Shown: in pieces, positions 1-10,465 of the stretch
Position numbering within the stretch: the first letter of the stretch is position 1
Layout of the letters: each line of letters begins with the position of its first letter
Made by a program: the position numbers and the translations under genes
Source of the DNA: Penicillus capitatus
Lineage: Eukaryota; Plantae; Chlorophyta
Direction of reading: 5' to 3'
Length of the DNA: 64,000 nt
Assembly: GCA_965649825.1 (NCBI GenBank)
Contig: OZ287694.1
Location: 1,177,197 to 1,241,196 of the forward strand
The notes under the pieces: generated by a model
The model's database searches: none
What the model saw: only the letters and a program-made list of their open reading frames with translations
What the model was told of the DNA's origin: nothing

Positions 1-663
1 GAGGTTAGCAATCAAGCGGAGCCGTACGGTGAACCGCGACCCGAATGCGCGAAACGGCTCGCCGTTGTTTTCTTAAGTACTAACCGGAAGGCGAAGCAGG
101 GGTGAGAGAGATATTCACTTCAAATCGACTACCGTTGTGTCTAAAAAAATGCAGTCAATGGCACACATGGTGCTGCATCGGTGACTGGGCTGTTTAAGAA
201 TGGACGCCTGGCTTCGAGGCAACGTCGATGGGCGAATCGCAACCGTCGTTCGAGGAACGACCGATTCAGCAACGAAAAGCGCTCTGTAGCATGTCGTTCG
301 GCGACACCGCACATTGGCGGAAATGCAGAACTACCGTTATGGTCGCTACGGTGTGCATGGGGTGGATAGAATTCATGCTCCTTTCAATTGTCATGCAACG
401 GTATTGGCTTGCAGGCAGCGACTCTCCGATATAGTTCTTGTGTTTTTCTGTCTGCGACGCGTTCAGACGAGAGAACCGTTGTGCGAAGCCGCTGGCGTCA
501 CTCAGCGCTGGTCTATTTGCTGTCCGTGCAGAAGTGCCACGCGTCCTGAATACCGTCGCGAGTCACGTCACATCGAAATCGAAAAGATCAGCGTTTCTAA
601 GTTTGCGCAAAGAGAAATGAGACACACTGTTCCGATGACCGATAGGAAACTATGCCGCACTCG

Positions 664-3462
664 CTAGAGCGTCAGAGAAACCGGAATCTTTAGGATTCTG
701 TGAAAGCAGCGTAAATCGATGGTTCCATCTGTTAGCTGCGCTTCCCATCTCTCTTTTCCTCGCATTCTCTCCATTTGACGTGGACTCTTCTCGTCGTTAT
801 AGCCGCCGACTGCATAGAGATCGTCCCTAAGGAAGAGAAGAGCCCCTTCGTTTCGAGCGTAGTTCATGTCAGGGCCGTTTCTCCATTTCTGCGCTCTGAA
901 ATCGAAAATCTCGACGATTGGTAGTTCGACGTTCTGCGCCGAGCAGCCGCCGACAATGAAGAGCGCATCTCCATCGGATGCTCCAGAGAGGCAGCGTCGT
1001 GATGTGGGTAGGGACCCAATCGTTGTCCACGATCCCTGTGTCATACATACAGCTGACCCACACATCAGTAATGGCATCCACGCACCTGTCGAGGATCGTA
1101 CTGCTCGACCGTGTCCACGTTTCCCCTGCCTTGCCCACAAAGGCCTCCGAAGATGTAAAGGGCATTTCTACTGCTGTCCGATGTCACACCATGATAGTAC
1201 CTTCAGCCTACAAAGTGAACCAGAGACACTCCATCTGTCCATCATTACCTGAGATCTGTCGAAGATCTGAATTCTTGCCACGTATCTCGCTCGGGGTGAT
1301 AGATCTCGGACGTGGGATTGGCTCGATGCATCTCTCCAATCACATAGAGCTTTCCGTTGAGACTTGCAGCTGGAACGCCTGTTCGACAACCAGACATAGG
1401 CGACAGACTCTCCCATCTCTCTGGAAGCATCGATCCTTTGACGTGCAGGAATGGCAGATGGTTACTTACTCGTCTGGAAACTGTAGCATCGGACGATATC
1501 GGTCGCCGTTGTCCGTTCCATGCCTCCAAACAAGTAGAGTTTCTGATCGAACAATGCCGAGGCGCCCCACACAAATGGCCCCTCTAAAACAGCAACAACG
1601 ATGTGACGGGGTGACGGGTTTTATGAAAGTGACAAACCATTTCGAAAGTCGACGATCTTCTGCCACGTCCTTCTCTCAGCATCGAAGACATCTACCTGGG
1701 ATAGAAGCGAAGCCAGTTCACACGAGAGCTCTTTGAGAGTGATCGAAAGAAACGCACTGTCGGAGAGCTTTTCTGTTGTCGGAGACCTCCCACGATGGCC
1801 ATCTGTTCGGCAACGGCATGAACGGGAGCCATTGCCGGCGCAGCAGACATTCCTGACACGGATGGCATAACTGGCCGCTGCGGAAGGGTGTTGTACGGAA
1901 CGGCCAGAGGGATGCTTGCGTTGACCTGTGTCGCAGAAAGGACCGGACTCCAAATGTGAGGATGTCCATAGGCATAGGGCAGCACCGCTGGAGGTACTGG
2001 GGGATACGGTATGCCATTGTGTGCTTGTGATGTGACCCCTTGCGCAGGAGAAGATGGCAGTCCTGCGTTTCCTCGCGGGTTCGGGATAGCTTCCTGTCCA
2101 GCATGATGCGACGGCGGCACCACATTTGCCTGTAACGGACGGTCATCCGTTGCCGATCGCTGAGGCGACGCTGCCCGTGGCGACATTGCATGATTGGGCA
2201 ATGGCGAGTAACATCTGCCAGTGTGAAGCGGCGGCGGAGAATGTCGTGAATTGCTTGCACTCCTTGGACTGAGATAAGCCGAGTCTCCAGTTCTCTCTTC
2301 GTTCTGTAAAGGGACAGCTGCCGTTGCTGGAGGAACAGGATCTATCGGATCATTCGTCTCGTTCGCCATCGGAACGTTCGGTCCAAACGCATCGAGTTCA
2401 AATTCTCGAAAGAGGATAACGCGCATGTGTCGCAGCTCCTTTTTCATGGCGTCTATCTGTTTGTCCTTTTCTGTGACACTGATCTTCAATTCCGCCATCC
2501 TGGTCTCCTGTTCTCTCTTTTCTGCGATCAGATTGACGTTCTCCGATTTAAATCGTTCGTTCTCTGCTGTCAGCTGTGCATGCATCGCCGTCAAGTGCGC
2601 TATTCTTGGATCTTCTTCGGGCGTCATTCTACTCTCTCTGTGCATCTGAGACGGAAGAGACAAGGGTTCGTTGTCTAGACCACGGGGGAGAACTTTAGAG
2701 TAATGCTCAACCTCGCCGTTGCGTCTCCATGTTTCGATGTTTACAGTGTGCCCTCGGTGTTCGCGTGGCGGCGTACTGCTGTGGCGTGAAGCGGCTGTCC
2801 ACATGAACTCCCGTTTCTGATCTCCTCGTTCTGTGTCGTTACGTTGCGGTGGCTGTGGACGTCGAGAACGCCAAGAGGCTTCACGAGGCGAAGGCTCCAC
2901 TACACCCTCGTGCCGTGTGTCGGTACATGGGGGTGGCATTGGTGCAACCGTGCTGCGTTCCGTCATGATTCGTACGAGTGACTGAACCTGCGAGACATCC
3001 AAGTCACTGACGAATGCCGTCTCCGTTATGAAAAGCTGCGGAAACTCGGCACGCAATGTAGCCTTGGTGATCTCCTTCAGCGGTGTGCAGTAATCCACGC
3101 CGAACTACGTTGGTGAACAGATTCTGTAGGTATGTTTCGGAAACGTCAGGCGTCACCGTGGCGTGATAGTTTTCGCCAGTGGGGTCGGTATCAAGTTCGG
3201 GACGGGAGACCAGACGAAAACGACCGTGAAGGGTGGCGGTATCGGTGCCGTCATCGATCAGGAAGAAAAGAGAAGATTGGTTGTCGAGGCGCTTGAGTTT
3301 GGTGAAGGAAGCGGCATCGCTAAGGACGACGTATTTGTTTCCGCGCTCAACGATATCATCGAAAAGCGCACGCGAAACAGGGAAAATGGCACCAGGTAGA
3401 GACGTGTCGTAGGTACGACTAGAGAAACGAAGCGTCACAGGCATGGCAGCGGATGAATACAT
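664..3462 (-). CDS. DCD-domain / coiled-coil / Kelch-repeat protein (multi-exon)
   Basis: The N-terminal ORF has DCD-like motifs (GAIF...LFFL...LHGRF...DTDP). A 52-nt GT-AG intron (~3107-3158) joins it to CTPLKE...FVSDLDVSQVQSLVRIM. A coiled coil and Pro-rich linker follow, then Kelch blades (NGKLYVIG, LFIVGG...VEIFDFRAQKW, LYAVGG). Internal exon boundaries are approximate. Confidence 0.75.
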
Positions 3463-4210
3463 GCACGAACAAACCGACGCTGACAGCGATCAAGCTCTTT
3501 ATTGTTACAAGAATTGGTTGGTCAAAGGACTGATGATTGGAAGAATGAAGTGTCACGTATGCGACGAGGGAAAGATTGCATCTGTATTATGTACACTTCT
3601 ATTATCGCGACATTTTTGATCCTATCTGGAGTTTCTGACGTCAGCCGCGGATTTGTGGTGATGTGGCTGTGGTCGAAGGATTGACTGCTCGTGTAAGGTG
3701 ACGAGGGATCGCCGTATATATGATGCCCTCAACACTGCAGGGGGCTATGGTCTGACAAGACGGGTACCGCGAAAGGAAACGTGTTGCCAAATGAGACACG
3801 GCAGCAGGAAGGCGCCCGTGAATCTGGGTTGCAGTGATCGTTCCGAAACGCGATGGGACAGACGGCGACAGTAACGTCTAAAACGTTCAAGATGACATGA
3901 CGATTATCGGTTAACGATTTTCGATCGAACAGTCGTATTGAATTACAAAACAGAGCTGTCAGCAGATTCAGCCAAAGGTGTCCAGATTGGGCGCAGTTAG
4001 TTGCCTAAGATTATTTGACTGTCAACACGTTCCGGTATCGCTTACTTATCCAGAATCCAACAACACTCATTCACTTCAAGAATCAGACAGTGGGACAATG
4101 TTGTTTCATCCAAGTCTGTTTCATCGTACATGACGAGTTCTTCAATAGTCCAGCTTCTTCTGTGTTCAGGGTATCGGTTACTCAATCGCTGATGGATGAT
4201 GCGAACAGCA

Positions 4211-5621
4211 TCACTTCGAGATGTTGAACGGACCAAGGACTCCATGGCATCTGTTGAGACTAGAAGACGCGAGCACCGCCGGATCCGATGCTGCTTTGGT
4301 GGACTTCGGCTTGGGTCCAAGAATGTCCTTCGGTAGCAGGGGTTTCATTTTAAGATCGCTCTCCTTGAAGATCGATGCGAAGTAAGGATGACGCAAGCAG
4401 GCCTCGGCGGTGGGACGCCGGGCTGGATTGTGGACCAGCATGATATCCAGCAGATCGATGGCGTCTGGAGGGGTCGCCTTCATCGTGTCTGCCAGGTTCT
4501 GGCGCTTGAAATCTGGATACTCGTGCCAATGTTCGCAGAGACAAGGCGCGTTCCAATCTTCGAGAGTCGGGGTGCCCAGTAGACGGAAGATCTGAATGAG
4601 CTGGTCGTATTGACAGTCGCCCCTGAAGAGCGTCACCTGTAGGCAAGACATGCGCGACCGAACTGGCGGGAGACGATGGCCTCACACTCTCGCAGAGCTC
4701 CGAGAAGATGCACGCGGAGCTCCAGATGTCGACGGCCGGACTGTGCCCCTCGTATCCCAGCAGCACCTCCGGTGGGCGATACCAGAGGGTGATGATCTGC
4801 GGACATAGACAGACTGCCACTGGGAAAGGGCGGTCAAGCGAGACACCTCCTCGGTCAGTTGGCGAATGGGCGTGGAGAACGTGCGCCCAAATCCAAAATC
4901 CGCCAGCTTTGCGATCGGTTTCTCGGCATCTGTTGTGTCGATCAAGATGTTGTGCGGCTTGAGGTCTCGATGCATCAGGCGTATCGAGTGACAGTGGTGC
5001 AGTCCCAGAAGGACGTGATACATGATCCTCTGTTTGCAGAAGATCGCGTCCCCTAAACGCGGTAGAGGTGCGGCTGACGGACCTTAACGATGTCGGGCTG
5101 AAGAGGGCGGTTTTTCTTCGAATAGACGCTCAGATCGCAGTCCAGATACTCAAAGACCTGCAAACACACGATCGTTGAAAGACTGTTTCCATACAACATC
5201 CCTCACCATGACACTGGTTTGCGATCTCGAGCCCGCGTTCGGCTTGACGTGCATCACGTTATGCAGCCTGTATGCACAAGGAAGGTCAGCGCGCCGACGG
5301 ACACCGTCGCCATCGGAATGGCGGAGCTCACTTGACGACGTGCGGCGAGTTCTTGAGCAGCTTGAGAAACGTCGCCTCGCGGAGCACGGTCGACGGAATG
5401 CCCTTCTCATGCGCCTGCGTTGTCGTTGATCGACGTTAGCGTCCGCATCGATCTTCGGCGATGCTCACGATGTTGTGGTGCTGCTTGATCGCCACGTTCT
5501 CTCCCGTTGCCGTTTCTCGCGCCAGGAAGACTGTGCCGTAGGTTCCCTCGCCGAGGTAGGCGTGAGCCGGATCCGGTATCTCGTAACCTTCTAGCTTGAT
5601 TGGCGACTGGCGTTGCGGCAT
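4211..5621 (-). CDS. Cyclin-dependent kinase, divergent CDKB-like, copy 1 (7 exons)
   Basis: Spliced product has GEGTYG (T14/Y15), [29 protein letters not shown]-loop [18 protein letters not shown] and GDCQYDQL. There are six canonical introns and no internal stops were seen. Confidence 0.9.
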
Positions 5622-5802
5622 CGGAAGAAGCAGTCGGCGTCGACTGATCCGAATCGTTGTGACTGAGCGAAGCCGGACAACTCGACTCAAGGGATAATTG
5701 CGAAGTGACTGACGATTATGTAGTTGATTTGCGTCTTGCTTCTTTCGGACGACGACGCGACTTCCCGATAGTGAAGATTCGATGACCACATTGGCAGAGA
5801 TT

Positions 5803-5900
5803 TTGGCCACGCCCGGTCACTGCACTCGCCATTCCTACGTCTTCTGTGCTTGGAGACCGACCCCGACCTTCTTCTTTCACATGGATTCGCTTTCTCCGAT
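5803..5900 (+). pseudogene. Dead copy of the 5' (transit-peptide-like) exon of the PGI locus
   Basis: Reads LATPGHCTRHSYVFCAWRP versus [19 protein letters not shown] at 28044 (minus). The ATG has mutated to TTG. Confidence 0.75.
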
Positions 5901-6100
5901 TGGACGCGGACACAAAAAGAACATGGTTCATGTGCTGGTCTCTCTGTAAGAGAAGATCCATACTCGAAGTCACGTCGAGCAGTTACAGGTTGCGTTCGAC
6001 AGGATGAGTCTCGAACCCCCAACAGGATCCAAGAGTGGATCGCTTTCTTACAGGACGAGCAGGCAGGTACTCCAGCACACTCGAAGAAAGTGCATTCGCT

Positions 6101-6260
6101 ACGCGTCGCAATGCACCATGATGTGACGCGTCGCAATGCACCATGATGTGACGCGTCGCAATGCACCATGATGTGACGCGTCGCAATGCACCATGATGTG
6201 ACGCGTCGCAATGCACCATGATGTGACGCGTCGCAATGCACCATGATGTGACGCGTCGCA
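6101..6260. repeat. 25-bp tandem repeat, 6 perfect units plus a 10-nt partial (ACGCGTCGCAATGCACCATGATGTG)
   Basis: Counted directly. No spacers. Lies about 480 bp upstream of the CDK copy 1 ATG. Confidence 0.97.
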
Positions 6261-6656
6261 GAGTGACGACACGGCCCCGGATGAGGAGACATCACAAGGA
6301 CGCTTCTCTTAGCATCGCAACGATAGAACCTGCCAAAAAATCACTAAAGTCAGGAACAGTGACGTTGACATGAGAACTGCTCTATCTCATTCTGTCTGTG
6401 CTTGTAAAAGCATCTAAAGGATTCGCGATCTAGAATTTGTCCGCTTTGTTTTTATATCGCGAATCCAATTTTTGAACTTCGATGTAGCGTTCGTTGCCTG
6501 GCCGACGTCCGAAGAGTAGACTCTGGCATCAAAGGATTTCACTTCATCAAAGAACCATTTCCCAGTACTTTCAGAACGACACGACATTGTCACATTACAT
6601 CGCCTGTGTTGTGCAGTCTGGTGTGGACAATGTTTTCGTGTAACTCCAAAATGGCG

Positions 6657-6664
6657 CCGCGAAA
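6657..6664 (-). promoter_or_regulatory. Candidate E2F site TTTCGCGG
   Basis: Matches the E2F consensus TTTSSCGS, lies ~1 kb upstream of the CDK, and is conserved in arm B (35061-35068). An 8-mer can occur by chance. Confidence 0.3.
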
Positions 6665-6870
6665 GTCATCCATCCTCATCGTTTTGCAGAAACCATAGTG
6701 TCCGTGTCAGCAGACGCAGAAACCCCCACGAGTTTAGCGCAGTCGTTGATGGCCGGATCCATTCTTGCTTGATGAACTATGCTGAAAAGACATCGACCGA
6801 TTCTCCTGAATAGCGAGAGGAGATCTGATGCCGATCGAGGTCGAACCAGTCGACATCGTCAGGGAGACGC

Positions 6871-8246
6871 ATGGAAACTCGACTGATTGGCTGCAATCTC
6901 GTAGAGTCTGACTGCCGACGCATCTTGCGAAACCCTGGCATCCGCCAGAAATCGCGACAGCCGGACACTCAGACTAGGTTCTCTATTAAACTCTCTGATC
7001 ACACCTGAAGGCTGCGACGGTCAGTTACACACAGTCAGGCAAAAGACTTCGTCCTTCGATGCATGTCGTGTCACCATGCCTCGATTCTTGGGGTGTCCCT
7101 CCCACATGCACTTTGCAGTGTCTGAAAGAGCATCTTGGATGCCTCCGTCTGCGGTCCGTGCAGACGCTGCTTCCGTTCAGAATCATGGGGCTGAGAAGTT
7201 TGAAGATTAATCGCGGGTTTATTCAAGATACCGCCCTAGGACGGCGAAGAAGGACAACGAACGTCTTGGCGCGACGGAACGGCGAATTGTTCGAGCCGGA
7301 GAAGAGCAGACTGAGATGGCGAGGGAGTCGACTGACTCCTCGGAGAACATCGCGTTTTTCATCGGCCGTCGTCGCCGATGATGGGTCAAAGTCGGCCACG
7401 GTCGACACTTGGCCTGAACGACGTCCATGGCCCGGGAGACTTGACTGTTTCAGCAGCAACGACGAAGCCGTCATTCGCTCGACGGAACAGAGATGGCAGT
7501 CCACAGGCCATGTCGGTTGAAAGCCTCTCGTAGCGACTGAGACGATCCGACAAGTCGGATGGCAATGACTGCCGAGAGGATCCTTCGCTATTCCCAGAAC
7601 CTGCACCGAGCAGCAGATTGTACACAGTGAGTGAGCAGTGCCCGGCCAGTCACAGCCATCACCATTAGCCTGTCCTAGGTAGGCGAGATGTCATCGATCT
7701 TCGATATGTGACGGTCACATCCTGCCTCTGCGGGGCGACGACGGGCTCAGTCAGACGTATGAAGCGCGATGCATTCTCAGAGCAGATCGTCCGAACGACA
7801 GCGATGCAGAAGTGGGATGGCCACAGGGCAGGGACCTGGACGCATCATCGATCCGTTTCTTCGACCTAAAGATGCTGCTGCGTGCTTCGCCGTTTCTTGG
7901 AAATCGGATCGCAGTCCGTCCCTTACCGTAGACGCATCGCTGTTGATGAAAGCATCTTTGCTCGATCCGTGTGTCTGCTCGGAAAATGCTTTGCTGACCT
8001 GTCCGCGAGAGACACGACTCCAGTGTGCAAGGTGGCCGCAGACGTACTCTGCCTCGACGTGAGTTCGGAGTTATTCTGGCAGACAGCCAGTTACAGAATC
8101 AGCCTGTCATTACTGTCTGGGATGCCAGTGCTCTCGATTGCCTGCACAGGTCCTCGATTGACTGGGCTCTGTGCGATCTGATGATGCGTGTGCTATCAGT
8201 GAGGATCCCCGCGGACATACTCGACGTGATCGCCGATGCAGATTGA
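6871..8246 (+). pseudogene. Decayed F-box/LRR-like gene (arm A copy)
   Basis: With one 1-nt frameshift it reads DWLHLVESDCRRILR, versus DWLRLPEDLWTRILR in the F-box at 37909. LRR-like fragments are present (LRSLKI). It has TGA at 7538-7540 where arm B has TGG, and lacks 132 bp present in arm B. A full gene model could not be built. Confidence 0.4.
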
Positions 8247-8527
8247 CTCATCACGACCATCAGGAACAGACGCATTCATTCCTCTGTCCGATTCTGCTGT
8301 CGTCTATCTGTTGTCGCCGAACTCATCTTGATCTCGTGTTCCGATGGGGCCGAGGATTCGACCAACACAGACGACTTCAATGATTGGTTTTGATGTTAGA
8401 ACCGGAACAGTGTGACTTAAAAGAAACGTACCAGTCACACCAAAGTCTCGTTCTTCCTACGCCCGTCACCGTCTCCAAGACGTGTGTGATGTGACAGTTA
8501 AGATCGCGCGACAGCATCCCCGTCGCC

Positions 8528-8920
8528 TCAGATTCTGCGATCAGTTGAATCAGTGCAGTCTGACGAAACTACGATCAAAACAGTCGTGCTGTCTGAAAAC
8601 GTTTCTCGGTCGAGATCGCATGCCGTCGAAATCAGATTTTGCGATCAGTTGAATCAGTGCTGTCTGACGAAACTACGATCAAAACAGTCGTGCTGTCTGA
8701 AAACGTTTCTCGGTCGAGATCGCATGCCGTCGAAATCAGATTTTGCGATCAGTTGAATCAGTGCTGTCTGACGAAACTACGATCAAAACAGTCGTGCTGT
8801 CTGAAAACGTTTCTCGGTCAAGATCGCATGCCGTCGAAATCAGATACTGCGATCAGTTGAATCAGTGCTGTTTGATGAAGCTTCGCGTAGTCGTGCTGTC
8901 TGAAAACGTTTCTCGGTTTT
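8528..8920. repeat. 104-bp tandem repeat, about 3.8 units
   Basis: The TCAGA anchor recurs at 8528, 8632, 8736 and 8840 (period 104). Confidence 0.95.
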
Positions 8921-10465
8921 GCGATCAAACGATTCAGTCCCGTCTTAAATAGCACGGAATGGGTACATAAGGCCCAGAGAACTCCGTTGTTTTGTTCTTC
9001 TGCGCTTTCGTCTTGTGTCGCTTGACTCTTCAAAAGCGTCGTCTGTTGAAGATTCCCATCATGAAGCTCTTGGCGGTTTTCTTGACTGTCCTCGTCGTCA
9101 TTGGAGTGAGCCACGCGACCTTCGAACACTAAATGCGTTGACTGTTGCTTTAGGGAGCCAGTGCTCAAAAGTGTAACCCAATGACCGACAGGAAATTTGA
9201 AGGCCCTTTCGCGTCAGAAATCACCTACGATTTTATGCAATGCTGCTATCTGTGTTATAAACATGAGAGTAAGTTCCAACTGTCTTCGATTCTAGTCAAT
9301 TCTTCGTTGCAGGGTGCGATATGTGGTCTTTTGATATCAGCACCTCATTGTGTGAATTCTCTGAGTTGGGTGAACTCATTCATGCTCCAGGCTGGATATC
9401 TGGCGAAATATACCTTGATGCCACTAAGTAGACAGCACTGCAATACATGAGCCTGCTGTCCGTTCATTCTTACCTAGTTGTAGCTTGATACCCAAATGTC
9501 CAACCTGTCCAACTGTTGATGTAACGAGATAGATCATTGTAGATGAATGGTCAGGTGCCGTCCGCCTGGAAATCCAAAGGCGCAGGAACGCGTTAAGAAA
9601 CGACTGCTTTCGAGCGGCGCAGACTCCGACAGCGCGATCACAGCTCGACTCAGTCTCACAGAGTTTCTGTCCAACGCGTCGAATTGGCAGTTAGTCGGTT
9701 TCAGATTTTTTTCACGTAATTGTCTCTTCGCTCAAGCGTACCTACGAGAAATTCCGGGGTATTCCACGAGCCCGTGGCCAAATTTTACTCGTCCATCGAC
9801 TGACTGACAAAAAGGCAGTCGAATTCTCCATCCTTTTGTTCTGTGAACCAAGCAGCTTTTGCTAACGTGTCAAGTCGATGCCGTAGGATCTCAAAATGAC
9901 CCTCGAGAAAAGAAGCGTGCACGTTTTTTTAAATTCACCCGTTCTCCAGGCTCACGAAATCGGAAACAGCGAAGTGCGAAACGACACTTTGACCTCGTCC
10001 CCGGAGGTGCATCACTCTACACGAATCTCAACGAACACTGTGATGGCTTCGGATACTGACTATTCTTCGGTATTGTTTCGAAATGGCATGTTCGATGTCA
10101 CAGGGTACGATTCTCCCCTCGTCGCCAGGCTTGCTTGCATATTTGCAAACCCACGAACCACATATGTGGCTTGTGAGATGTCCAATCATTGCAATGTCTA
10201 AAAGAAGCACAAATTCCGTGGTCAGCATGTATGTGTGGCCTTGTGAAGGGCGTTCTTAAATCATCGTCAATTGTGGATCTCTTCAGCGGAGAGCAGACGT
10301 GCCTGTGCTGAGAAGGATATCTCTCGATGGCCGGAATGACTTTGAGTGTCGAACGTCGAGCCGTACGAAAACGAAGTTCAAATGCGTCACCATTACGTTA
10401 TGTCTAACGTTTGCCATCCATCTATCAGAATTCCCACACCCCGAATAAAAGGAAGCAAGTCTTTT

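Larger units (their letters stand above)
3830..9920. repeat. Arm A of ~6 kb inverted segmental duplication (partner 31790-37760)
   Basis: The reverse complement aligns colinearly with arm B, and near-identical ORF pairs appear in the track (6777..6968 vs 34757..34948; 8171..8383 vs 33210..33422; 9547.. vs ..32150). The core (~4150-9660) is highly similar and the ends fade. Confidence 0.95.

Noticed and set aside
19-60. Group II intron domain V-like hairpin (GAGCCGT...ACGGCTC)
   Set aside because: It is only a 7-bp inverted repeat; the spacing and bulge do not fit the ~34-nt domain V, and no other intron domains are visible.
200-620. Small plus-strand gene
   Set aside because: There are several short overlapping ORFs with one hydrophobic stretch, but no consistent splice model or family could be built.
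6101-6260. CRISPR array
   Set aside because: The units abut directly with no unique spacers, there are no cas genes, and the context is eukaryotic. The same applies to the 104-bp arrays.
3830-9920. Arms as a transposon or LTR element
   Set aside because: No transposase, RT or integrase, no terminal inverted repeats or target-site duplication were seen, and the ends fade gradually. A segmental duplication fits better.
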